Made by a program: the position numbers and the translations under genes. Positions 49,199 through 58,387 of a DNA stretch of 64,000 nucleotides are shown here, piece by piece. This stretch comes from Capsulimonadales bacterium (lineage in GTDB: Bacteria; Armatimonadota; Armatimonadia; Armatimonadales; Armatimonadaceae), in contig JANRLW010000093.1 in NCBI GenBank assembly GCA_033762295.1, positions 1 through 64,000 of the forward strand, read 5' to 3'. Positions within the stretch are counted from its first letter, which is position 1. Every line of letters starts with the position of its first letter. The notes beneath the pieces were generated by a model. The model had not been told where the DNA came from, did no database searches, and saw only the letters and a program-made list of their open reading frames with translations.

Positions 49199-50197
49199 TC
49201 AACGAGAACGAGTTTTGTCCTTGAAGAAGTCCCAGGCCAGTTTCGCGCCTTCGACGTCCCTGCACACCGGGCCAATGAATCGACGAATCAAAGGCTTGTC
49301 CGCCAGCGGATGAGAAATCGAGGGCATGGCGTGTCCGCCACCCTCCACCCGGTAAAAGAGAACGGACGCTCCCCCCGGTGCGGCGGGATACACGGTTTTG
49401 TGGAGGCGGCAGCCGTCACCGGGGTCACGGTCGGGCAGGGTTTCGGTTGTTTTTCGGGCGGTGTCGGTTTTGTTCGCCGCTGTCCACCACTCTACGGTGG
49501 CGTCCGTGGAAAGTGTGCGCCCCCGATTCCCTGCCACATTCCCCCCTTCCCACTTCACCAGCGGGTCTTTTGTCCCGTTGGCAATCATCAGGGGCGTCGT
49601 CCGGCGTGGCGCAACATACTGGCTCCGGTCTTCCGGCAGATTGGCAATAAAGGCCGCTCCTGCCGCAAACAGTTTCGGAGCCTCAATCAGCAGGCGGAAC
49701 GTCATCATGCCGCCATTGGACGCGCCGGTGACATAGACTCGTTTCGAATCCATCGAGTAGTGCGTCTCCGTCCAGCGCAACAGTTCACGGATAAAGCCAA
49801 CATCATCGGCCTGTGAATCGCGGTTCGAGTTGACCGGGCGCAGGTCGTTCCAGTTCTGCTGATCGCCTTTTGTGTCGTTGGTGCGCGGGTTGGTTCCGTT
49901 CGGTGTCAGGAGCAGGAAACCCTCGGATTCGGCGAGTCGCGGCCATTCCCGCGTTCCCCCGGCAGCCTCCTGAAAAATCTTCCGCATACTCTGACCGCCG
50001 CCATGCAGAAGAACGACCACCGGTGCTTTATCGGGCAGTGTTTTCGGGACATAGACCCGGAACCAGCGTATCGTTTGCCCAAAAGTCAACCTGTGTTCGT
50101 GCCAACCCGGTGCGCGAGCGTCCGTAACGGCCTCCTGAGCGCACCCCGTTTTTACCGGCAACACCAGCAAAAACCACAAAACCCAAAACGATTTCAT
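49199..50197 (-). CDS. Secreted PHB depolymerase/LpqC-like esterase
   Basis: LHGGG, DDVGFI, TGASNGG, NGTKDP, GGGHAMP. Confidence 0.85.
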   Translation of the reverse strand: MKSFWVLWFLLVLPVKTGCAQEAVTDARAPGWHEHRLTFGQTIRWFRVYVPKTLPDKAPVVVLLHGGGQSMRKIFQEAAGGTREWPRLAESEGFLLLTPNGTNPRTNDTKGDQQNWNDLRPVNSNRDSQADDVGFIRELLRWTETHYSMDSKRVYVTGASNGGMMTFRLLIEAPKLFAAGAAFIANLPEDRSQYVAPRRTTPLMIANGTKDPLVKWEGGNVAGNRGRTLSTDATVEWWTAANKTDTARKTTETLPDRDPGDGCRLHKTVYPAAPGGASVLFYRVEGGGHAMPSISHPLADKPLIRRFIGPVCRDVEGAKLAWDFFKDKTRSR

Positions 50198-50347
50198 AAC
50201 GGCTCCCCGGCTCTCGCAGACGCAAATCAGGCAAACGAGTTCACTAATGAGGAAGTGAACAAACCCTGGCGAAAATCGTCTGCCCGTATCAGGGAACCAT
50301 CGTTGGGCGGTCCGTCCGCCCGCACGGATGGAGGAAAGGTATACGGA

Positions 50348-52351
50348 ATGCGAGACGCCGGTTTTCCTTGGATCATTCTGTTGACGGGTGTCGTTCTGAG
50401 CGGCGCGTTCCTGCCGTCGCCCGGAGCGTCCGACGCGCGCCGGACGGCGAACGCTCAACCCGACCGGACGGTCGTCCCTCCGCTTTTTCGGGCAAACGAT
50501 CTTTCCGGGAAGGCGGTCCGGGTGCCGGTCGAGGGAGCGAAGGCGACCGTCGTCGCCCTGACGGGAACGACCTGCCCGCTCAGTCAGAAGTACGGACCGA
50601 CTTTAAGCCGTCTGGAGGACGTCTATGCGCCGAAGGGGGTGCGATTCGTCTTCGTAAATCCGTCCTCGATCGAACCCGTGGCGGATATGAAGGCGCAGGT
50701 CCGGCGACTCGGTCTGGACGGTCCTTACCTTTCTGACCGCGAGCGGTCGGTGGCCCGCGCACTCGGGGCGAAGACCACGACGGAGGTCTTCGTGCTCGAC
50801 GATACGGGCCGTATCCGCTACCGTGGCGGCGTCGATGACCAGTACGTCATCGGGGCGAGTCTGCCCGCGCCGCGCCATCGATTCCTGGCCGATGCGCTCG
50901 ATGCCGTCCTTGCCGGGAAGGAACCGGGAGCGACGTCCGCTCCCGCGCCGGGCTGTCTGCTGGCGGACGAGGAAACGTCCGGTCGCGCCACGCCGACCTA
51001 TCATGGCGCGGTCGAACATATTCTCCGGGCGAAGTGCGTCTCCTGTCACCGAACCGGCGGCGTCGCGCCGTTCGCTCTCGACACCTATGAGTCCGTCAAA
51101 GCCCGCGCGGCGATGCTCCGGTACGTGACCGAGCGGGGACTGATGCCGCCCTGGTTCGCCGCGAAGAACGCCGGCGGCCCGTGGCGCAACGATATGTCCC
51201 TGCCCGACGCCGACCGGAAGACCCTGTACGCCTGGATCGAGGGCGGGATGCCCGCAGGTGATCCGAAAGACGCGCCCGCCCCGGTGCGTTACACGGGCGG
51301 ATGGACGATCGGGAAGCCGGACGCCGTCTTCGAACTGCCCCGACCGATCGCCGTAAAAGCCACGGGCACCATGCCGTATCAGAACGTCAACGTCCCTACC
51401 GGCTTTACCGAGGATCGCTGGGTGCGGAAGATCGAGGTTATGCCCGGAGATCGGCGCGTCGTACATCATGTCCTGGTCTTTGTCCGTACGCCGGAGACGG
51501 CCGCCACGGGAGGACGGGAGCGACTTGCCGAACGGGCCGAGGAGTTGGGCGGATTCTTCGGGGTCTATGTCCCCGGAAACAGCGCTCTGATCTACCCGGA
51601 CGGACTGGCGAAACGCATCCCGCGCGGAGCGGTCTTGCGGTTCCAGATTCACTACACACCCAACGGGACCGCGACGACCGACCGGACGAAGATCGGACTG
51701 GTTTTCGCCGAAACACCCCCCCGGAGCGAGGTCCATACCGCCAGTATCGCCAATCTCCGGTTCGCGATCCCGCCCGGCGCGGACCATCACGAGGTCACGG
51801 CGCAACTGCGCGTCCCGACGGATGTTCGTGTGCTATCCTATCTGCCGCACATGCGCGTTCGCGGAAAGGCGGCGCGATACGAGCACACGCGGGAGGGGAA
51901 GACGACCACGCTGCTGGACATCCCGCGTTACGACTTCAACTGGCAGCTGAACTACGTCCTCGCCGAACCGCTGGACGTCAGGGCGGGCGACCAGGTCACG
52001 TTCCGCGCCTGGTACGACAACAGCGACCGCAATCCCGCGAACCCGGACCCCGGCAAGACGGTACGCTGGGGAGCGCAGACGTTCGACGAGATGCACCTCG
52101 GTTACGTCGAGTACATCGTGCCGGGACAGAAGCCGGGCGAGAGCGGGAACGTTCTGCGCCGGTTCGGGCGAGGGGAGCGTGGCACGGGGCTGGAGGCGAT
52201 CTTCGGCGGACTGGACAAGGACCGGGACGGTTTTGTGACGGAAAGCGAGGCTCCGAGACTCTGGGCGCGGATACGGGGAGCGGATGCGAACGGCGACGGG
52301 CGCCTCTCGCTGGAGGAAGCGAAAACGTTCTTCAGCGGTCAACGCCGGTAG
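50348..52351 (+). CDS. Redoxin + CxxCH cytochrome c + type II copper monooxygenase-like + EF-hand protein
   Basis: TCPLSQKY, CVSCH, MPPW, VVHHVLV, QIHY, YDFNWQ, DEM, DKDRDGFVT and DANGDGRLS. Confidence 0.82.
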   Translation: MRDAGFPWIILLTGVVLSGAFLPSPGASDARRTANAQPDRTVVPPLFRANDLSGKAVRVPVEGAKATVVALTGTTCPLSQKYGPTLSRLEDVYAPKGVRFVFVNPSSIEPVADMKAQVRRLGLDGPYLSDRERSVARALGAKTTTEVFVLDDTGRIRYRGGVDDQYVIGASLPAPRHRFLADALDAVLAGKEPGATSAPAPGCLLADEETSGRATPTYHGAVEHILRAKCVSCHRTGGVAPFALDTYESVKARAAMLRYVTERGLMPPWFAAKNAGGPWRNDMSLPDADRKTLYAWIEGGMPAGDPKDAPAPVRYTGGWTIGKPDAVFELPRPIAVKATGTMPYQNVNVPTGFTEDRWVRKIEVMPGDRRVVHHVLVFVRTPETAATGGRERLAERAEELGGFFGVYVPGNSALIYPDGLAKRIPRGAVLRFQIHYTPNGTATTDRTKIGLVFAETPPRSEVHTASIANLRFAIPPGADHHEVTAQLRVPTDVRVLSYLPHMRVRGKAARYEHTREGKTTTLLDIPRYDFNWQLNYVLAEPLDVRAGDQVTFRAWYDNSDRNPANPDPGKTVRWGAQTFDEMHLGYVEYIVPGQKPGESGNVLRRFGRGERGTGLEAIFGGLDKDRDGFVTESEAPRLWARIRGADANGDGRLSLEEAKTFFSGQRR

Positions 52352-52359
52352 ACGCCAAT

Positions 52360-52388
52360 AAAAGGGGACGCGGACGGCGTCCCCTTTT
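52360..52388. terminator. Bidirectional intrinsic terminator
   Basis: AAAAGGGGACGC-ggacg-GCGTCCCCTTTT between convergent genes. Confidence 0.85.
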
Positions 52389-52401
52389 GTTGCGTCTCCG
52401 T

Positions 52402-52437
52402 CTCTATCGCCTCTATCGCCTCTATCGCCTCTATCGG
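52402..52437. repeat. 9-bp tandem repeat over the MoxR stop codon
   Basis: CTCTATCGC x3 + CTCTATCGG. Confidence 0.9.
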
Positions 52438-53438
52438 GGGAGCGGGGTCTTTTCGAGGGCTTCCTCGATGATATGAGAGGGCATCAGACCGCCGTACCGA
52501 GATTTGGTATCCAGTTGCAGACGATGGGCGAGGACGGGCACGGCCAGCGAGCGAACGTCCTCCGGCAGGACGAAGTCTCGTCCGGCCATCGCCGCCCGCG
52601 CCTGCGCCATCCGGTACAGCGCGAGAGAACCGCGCGGCGAGATGCCCAGCCGCAGGCGACCATCCTGACGCGTCACGTCGACAATGCGTAAAATATACTC
52701 GGCTACCGCTCGTTCCACCCGGACCGTCCGAACCGCCGCCTGCAACTCCAGTACGTCCGCCGTCGTCAGGACCGGCTGCAGATCGTTCAGCGGATGATGG
52801 TCGTTGTGGGTGAAAAGCACCTCCAGTTCATGTTCCGGGTCGGGATAACCGAGGGTGATCCGGACGGCGAAACGGTCCAGCTGCGCCTCCGGCAACGGGT
52901 AGGTTCCCGCGTAATCCGACGGATTCTGCGTTGCCACCACCAGAAACGGCGGCGCCAGATCGCGTCGCTGCCCCTCCACGGTCACCGTCCCTTCGCTCAT
53001 GACTTCGAGCAGGGCGGCCTGCGTGCGCGGCGACGTCCGGTTGATCTCATCGGCCAGCAGAATATTCGTAAAGACCGGTCCCTCGCGGAAGGTGAACGAA
53101 CCGTCGCGCGGGTTGTAGAACGAGGTGCCTGTGACGTCCGCCGGAAGCAGGTCCGGAGTGAACTGAATGCGCCGGAACTCACCGTCGATCGACCGCGCCA
53201 GCGCCTTCGCCAGGGTCGTCTTTCCGGTGCCGGGAACATCCTCCAGCAGGATGTGTCCCCCCGCCATCAGCGCGGTCAGCACCATGGCGATCCCTTCGCC
53301 CTTCCCCTTGATGATCCGCCCCAGGTTCTCCTCGATCAAACGTACCCGCCGGACGAACGCCTCCGATAATCCGGGCGCACTGGCGGCGGCACGGGCGTTG
53401 AGCCGTTCCGGAAGAGGTGCAGTCGTAGTAATGGTCAT
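52431..53438 (-). CDS. MoxR family AAA+ ATPase
   Basis: EDVPGTGKT, RIQFTPDLLPAD, DEINR, ATQNP, LPEAQLDRF. Confidence 0.93.
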   Translation of the reverse strand: MTITTTAPLPERLNARAAASAPGLSEAFVRRVRLIEENLGRIIKGKGEGIAMVLTALMAGGHILLEDVPGTGKTTLAKALARSIDGEFRRIQFTPDLLPADVTGTSFYNPRDGSFTFREGPVFTNILLADEINRTSPRTQAALLEVMSEGTVTVEGQRRDLAPPFLVVATQNPSDYAGTYPLPEAQLDRFAVRITLGYPDPEHELEVLFTHNDHHPLNDLQPVLTTADVLELQAAVRTVRVERAVAEYILRIVDVTRQDGRLRLGISPRGSLALYRMAQARAAMAGRDFVLPEDVRSLAVPVLAHRLQLDTKSRYGGLMPSHIIEEALEKTPLPR

Positions 53439-53465
53439 AGTTTCCTTTTCGTGGGTATATGATTG

Positions 53466-55508
53466 CTAACGGTCCGGCGTTTTTGTCCGTTCCATCTCTT
53501 CCACCAATTCCTGTAACGTTCTTATCGTCGGTTCATCGCCCCGGTTTCCGAAGCGGCTTGCCTCATACAGGGCGACGAAGCGCCGTGCGGCGTCCAGGAG
53601 CGACGCCGTCGCCGGCCTCTTCCCGGTCCCGGCATCGTCGGCCAGCCGGTCCAGGTGCTCCCGATACGGGAGGGACGGGGGAAATGCCTGTCCGCGCCGG
53701 GCGAAGACCGCCTCGAAACGAACGATCAGTTCGGCCAGACGACGCTCCGGCGGCGCATAGGCAAACGATGCCAGGGCCAGCGCCATCTTCCGGCGACGGT
53801 ACAGCCGGAACCCGTAGATTCCGCCCGCCCCGAGAATCACGGCGACGATGGCCGCCACCTGTTCCGCACTCAGCCCGGCCAGGAACTCGGCAAATATCTG
53901 CAGTCCGTCCTGAGTCCGCTCCAGCAGACGCCGCCACCACTCCGGGGGGGATTGGTCGGCATCGGGCCGCCCGTCGCCGGGGGTCGCTTCCACCGTCACC
54001 CAGCCGACTCCGGCGATCCATGCTTCCGACCAGGCATGGGCGTCCCGCTGACGGACGACCGTGATATTCGGCCCGTCGCCCTCGTGTGCGAAATACCCCG
54101 TAACGTACCGGGTCGGGACGCCGACACAGCGCAGAAGCATCGCCGACGCCGCCGCGAAATACTCACAGTGAGCCGGTCGTTTCGGTTCGGCGGTCAGGAA
54201 GTTGACCAGGGGTTCCCCGCGTCCGGGACGGAACCGCAGACTGTACGAGTAGTTCCCGATCAGATAACCGATCACCGCTTCGACCTTTTCGGCGTCGGTT
54301 CCCGCACCCTTCGTGATCCGTTTCGCCAGTTCGGTTACCCGTGGGTCGAATCGGGACGGCAACTGCAGATAACGCGTCCGCTCCTCCGCCTTCAACGGGT
54401 TGGCCAGCAGTCCCTGGTAGGTCTCGGACGACGAGACGCCCACCCGGTAGTCGAACGGCGGACGCGCCCGTGTGCGGATCGGTCCTCCGGACTCGGGCGC
54501 CCAGTCCATCTCCGCCGGTTCGATCAGGGCCAGTGTCGCCGTTTGCAGGGGCGCGAAGAGCAGCGGGGTGTCGCCGCCCATCTTCTCGATCGTCATCTCG
54601 GTGATCGTCGCCCGGGCGACGTTCGACGGATTGAGTTCCCGTTCCGTGGCCGGACGATAGCGACGATCCGCAAAGGACGGGTACCAGCGGCCCTGTTCGT
54701 ACCGGTCGAACGCCATGCCGCGCAGATGCGGATCGCCGACAAACCCGGTGATTCGCAGGACGCGCTGCGTTCCGCCGCGCAATCCGAAGGTCTCGCCCAG
54801 CGACGGGTTCGACGCCATACCCGTCGCCTCAAAGTTGAAGCGTTCACCCAGAAGACGGTTGCCCAGTTCGGTGATGCGTCCGCGGTTGAAGTCGACGAAC
54901 AGATAGCCGGTCGCGCCGACTCCCAGCGTGAGGACCAGGAACACCACGCGCCCTACCACCGCCATCCGTGAAAGCAGGCGGGGACGATGGGTGTAGAGCG
55001 CCATTCCCAGAAACAGCATGTACAGCGGGGCCAGATACTTGATGAATCGCTCGTCGAATGTGTTGGCGGACGAAAGCATCAGCAGACCGGAGGCGACGAT
55101 GGCGATCAGGCGGGACCGCACCGGCTGCCCCGACCGCCGCCAGCACTGGATCACGAACTCGGCGGCGTAGACCTGCGCCAGGATGTTTCGGGCGCGGGCG
55201 CTGCCGAACGCGAAGTCTCCGTTGTTGGGCTGCGCCTGATTGAGGACGATGATAATGACGATCAGGCCCAGGCGGACCCACCACCGGTGGAAGGTCTGTC
55301 CTTCCAGTCGGGCCGTGGACACATAGGACGCCAGAATCAACAGCGCGAAGACCGGGGGCAGCGGCATCCATCCGGCGGTCATGGTCAGTGTCAGAAGCGC
55401 GACCAGCCCGGCGGCGGCCACCGTCCAGGGCATGATCCCGCTGTCGGCGCGGCGCAACGCCTCCCGCGTTTCCGCGACGTTCGGGTGGGATATCGAAGGG
55501 ACGGTCAT
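53466..55508 (-). CDS. Membrane transglutaminase-like (TgpA-type) protein
   Basis: N-terminal TM helices; HCEYFA, PTRYVTGY, DAHAWSEAW, WVTVEATP. Confidence 0.88.
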   Translation of the reverse strand: MTVPSISHPNVAETREALRRADSGIMPWTVAAAGLVALLTLTMTAGWMPLPPVFALLILASYVSTARLEGQTFHRWWVRLGLIVIIIVLNQAQPNNGDFAFGSARARNILAQVYAAEFVIQCWRRSGQPVRSRLIAIVASGLLMLSSANTFDERFIKYLAPLYMLFLGMALYTHRPRLLSRMAVVGRVVFLVLTLGVGATGYLFVDFNRGRITELGNRLLGERFNFEATGMASNPSLGETFGLRGGTQRVLRITGFVGDPHLRGMAFDRYEQGRWYPSFADRRYRPATERELNPSNVARATITEMTIEKMGGDTPLLFAPLQTATLALIEPAEMDWAPESGGPIRTRARPPFDYRVGVSSSETYQGLLANPLKAEERTRYLQLPSRFDPRVTELAKRITKGAGTDAEKVEAVIGYLIGNYSYSLRFRPGRGEPLVNFLTAEPKRPAHCEYFAAASAMLLRCVGVPTRYVTGYFAHEGDGPNITVVRQRDAHAWSEAWIAGVGWVTVEATPGDGRPDADQSPPEWWRRLLERTQDGLQIFAEFLAGLSAEQVAAIVAVILGAGGIYGFRLYRRRKMALALASFAYAPPERRLAELIVRFEAVFARRGQAFPPSLPYREHLDRLADDAGTGKRPATASLLDAARRFVALYEASRFGNRGDEPTIRTLQELVEEMERTKTPDR

Positions 55509-56914
55509 AGCACCTCCGCTCCCGAACGGAAAAGATCGCGGTCGATCACGGTGACATCGCGGGTCGCGACGGTCGTCGGTTCCTCGACCAGCAGCAATAC
55601 CTTGACTCCCGCCCCGCCCCGCCGCAGGTTCTCGACAAAGGCCTGTCGTACCTCATCCCACTCCAGGAAGACGCAGACCACCGAGGTCAACTGCTCCAGA
55701 TTGCCCAGAATCTGCGGTTCGACCACCGAAAGCGGTTCCGTTTCGCTCTCCTCGACACAGGCCAGAATATCCAGGATCTGTTCCAGATAGGCGAGGCTGC
55801 GCCCGGCGGTCAGATGATACAGGTTCGGCCCGGCGGCGAAAATATCCACCAGGTAGTCCTGCCGCGCCATGTAATCGCCGACCGCGGCGGCCAGCGAGAC
55901 GGCACGCTCGAACAGCACCCGGCGAATCACCTTGCGATCGACCGGAAGATCGGGAGGAACGAACGTATCCAGAACGACGCCGACCCGCTGGAAGTACTCC
56001 TCGCGCCACTCCCGGACGATCGGCGTTCCCCCCAGACGCGCGGTCGCCCGCCAGTCGATATCCCGGACATTATCCCCCTCGCGGAACTCGCGGTTCCCCA
56101 GATACTCCATGCTCTCGCCGATTTTCGAGGCCAGCGCGACCCCGCCCGGCTGGTGTCGTCGACCGATCGGGACCTCCATTTGCCGGATGGTCGTGAAATT
56201 CGGGTGAACGAACAGCGTGGAAGACTGCGGAAACGAACGATAGGCGGTCATCAGGCCGGTCGGGAAATCGGTCTCCACCCGCCATCCCCACAGGGGATAC
56301 GCGCCGCGCCGGGGACAGAACAGCCCGAGGCGCGCCCGACGGGTCTCTCCTCGGCGCATCGTTCCGAGCGGGACGCCGTCCGGCGGAACGGCGTCGATAC
56401 GCAGCGGCAGGCGTGCCGGCAACAACTGAAGATCGAGGCCCGGCAGATGCCCGTTCTGGGTCACGCTCACCTCGCACACCAGGGTTTCCCCCGCCCGGAC
56501 CCGGTCCGGATGCCGCGCCGTCAGCGTGACACGGGGGCGGAACAGCAGAACGCCGAGAAACGCCACTCCCCAGAGGGCCGCCGCATACAGGAACGGCACA
56601 TACACCTGTATCTCGATTGAGAACGATCCGATGAAGAACAGAGCGAAGGTCAGCAGGGCGAACCAGCGACCGGCGCGCGTAAACCGAACCACCGACAGAC
56701 GCCAGAGCATCCGGGACAGCGGAGAGGGGTAGTAGACGAAATAAAGCCTCCGGGGCGCTTTCTTCGGCGGGGAGAAGGCCGGATGCTGGAACAGGTCTTT
56801 CGTGCTGTCGAAGGCCGGAAACGGAAGACGGTCGTCGTATTCGCGGCGTATCCGCGCCGCGCGCATCGCCGCCCCTATTTGATCGATCAGGTTGCCTGTC
56901 CGGATATCCGCCAT
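55505..56914 (-). CDS. DUF58 family protein
   Basis: EYLGNREFREGDNVRDIDWRATAR; ATGA overlap with the downstream gene. Confidence 0.88.
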   Translation of the reverse strand: MADIRTGNLIDQIGAAMRAARIRREYDDRLPFPAFDSTKDLFQHPAFSPPKKAPRRLYFVYYPSPLSRMLWRLSVVRFTRAGRWFALLTFALFFIGSFSIEIQVYVPFLYAAALWGVAFLGVLLFRPRVTLTARHPDRVRAGETLVCEVSVTQNGHLPGLDLQLLPARLPLRIDAVPPDGVPLGTMRRGETRRARLGLFCPRRGAYPLWGWRVETDFPTGLMTAYRSFPQSSTLFVHPNFTTIRQMEVPIGRRHQPGGVALASKIGESMEYLGNREFREGDNVRDIDWRATARLGGTPIVREWREEYFQRVGVVLDTFVPPDLPVDRKVIRRVLFERAVSLAAAVGDYMARQDYLVDIFAAGPNLYHLTAGRSLAYLEQILDILACVEESETEPLSVVEPQILGNLEQLTSVVCVFLEWDEVRQAFVENLRRGGAGVKVLLLVEEPTTVATRDVTVIDRDLFRSGAEVL

Positions 56915-57012
56915 ATTTTCTCCTGCCGAAACCTCGCTGTTTCCGCCTGCCAACACTCCTATAACGGAAAACAGGTTCGTATCGTTACGCCGGATTTTGC
57001 CGGTTTCTTTTC

Positions 57013-57045
57013 CTTAACACGGACTTAATCCGAATCTGCTATCAT
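57013..57045 (+). promoter_or_regulatory. Pho-box-like direct repeat with extended -10
   Basis: CTTAACacggaCTTAAT; TGcTATCAT with the -10 15 nt after the second TTAA. Confidence 0.6.
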
Positions 57046-57111
57046 ACGGGGTCCGACGGCGAGTCACCGACTCTTCGGACCGACGTTCGCCGATCGGAGA
57101 AAGGAAATGAC

Positions 57112-58338
57112 ATGGCGCGACTTGCTTCCTTCGCCGCTGCCGCTATTATCGGCGGTTCGCTTCTTCCGCTGAATGCCCACGCCCAGAGCGTTCAGGCGAT
57201 TCGGTTTCTCGGAGAACAGTCCTACGGCGCGCCCGGCACGCCCAAACCGACCTTCGGAGGAACGACCATCGGCGGACTCTCCGGGCTGGACTATGACGCG
57301 GCGACCGGCTCCTACGTGTCCAACAGCGACGATCAGGCCAGTCCGCGTTTCTACACCCTGACCGCCGATATCACGTCGGCCTCCTTCAACGGCGTGACGT
57401 TCACCGGGGTGACCTCGCTGCTCGACCCGGCCGGCAACGCCACGTTCGCCACCGGCAATAACGATTTTGAGAATGCCCGTCTTTCGGCGGACGGCAGCCG
57501 TGTCTTTATCACGTCGGAAGGAAACGCCGGGGCGGGCCTGAAAACCTCGATCTACGAGTTCGACCGCGCGACCGGGCGGCAGCTGAATAACTTCGACACC
57601 CCGTCCTCGTTCAATATCAGCCCCGGACACGGCACGTTCGGCAACCTCGGCCTCGAATCGATGACGTTCGCGGACGACGGGACCTATCTTGTCGCCAACG
57701 AAGGGCCGTTGCGGCAGGACAGCCCGGCGCCGAACAGCAACCCGACCGATCCGACCATCTTCAATGTGGCGGAACCGGTGCGCCTGGTGCGGTACTCCAC
57801 CGCTACCAACACCGCTCTGGCCCAGTATATCTACACCATCGACCCGCTGGCCGAACCGACGACGGCGACCAACTTTGCGGTGCAGGGACTGGTCGATATT
57901 CTCAACCTGGGGAACGATCACTATCTGGCGCTCGAGCGTTCGTTCACCGTCGGCGGGACGGCGGGCGGCGGCACCGGGTACACGATCAAGCTGTACCAGT
58001 TCTCACTGACCGGCGCGACCGATGTGAGCGGGCTGGACTCCGTGGTCGGCCAGTCGTATACCTCGGTCGCCAAGAGCCTTCTGCTGGACTTTTCCACCCT
58101 GCGGGATGCCGGCAACAACCCCCTCGTGCTGGACAATATCGAGGCCCTGACCCTGGGACCGGACCTGGGCGGCGGGGAACGCGCCCTGCTGATCGTCTCC
58201 GACGATAACTTCAGCCCGGCGCAAAAGACCCAGTTCCTGGCGTTCGCCATCACGCAGGCGCCGGAACCGGGGGCAATCGTCCTGCTGGGAGTCGGACTGC
58301 TCGGATTCGCGGGCATCGTCCGCCGACCGCGGAAATAG
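57112..58338 (+). CDS. Phytase-like (esterase-like activity of phytase) protein with PEP-CTERM tail
   Basis: GGLSGLDY, NLGLESM, LALERSF, DNIEALTLGP, VSDDNFS; APEPG-TM-RRPRK. Confidence 0.88.
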   Translation: MARLASFAAAAIIGGSLLPLNAHAQSVQAIRFLGEQSYGAPGTPKPTFGGTTIGGLSGLDYDAATGSYVSNSDDQASPRFYTLTADITSASFNGVTFTGVTSLLDPAGNATFATGNNDFENARLSADGSRVFITSEGNAGAGLKTSIYEFDRATGRQLNNFDTPSSFNISPGHGTFGNLGLESMTFADDGTYLVANEGPLRQDSPAPNSNPTDPTIFNVAEPVRLVRYSTATNTALAQYIYTIDPLAEPTTATNFAVQGLVDILNLGNDHYLALERSFTVGGTAGGGTGYTIKLYQFSLTGATDVSGLDSVVGQSYTSVAKSLLLDFSTLRDAGNNPLVLDNIEALTLGPDLGGGERALLIVSDDNFSPAQKTQFLAFAITQAPEPGAIVLLGVGLLGFAGIVRRPRK

Positions 58339-58344
58339 CCGGCG

Positions 58345-58379
58345 AGGCGCTCCCCCGGCGGCCGTCCGGGGGAGCGCCT
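58345..58379. terminator. Hairpin between convergent genes
   Basis: AGGCGCTCCCCCGG...CCGGGGGAGCGCCT 14-bp stem. Confidence 0.7.
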
Positions 58380-58387
58380 TCGACCTT

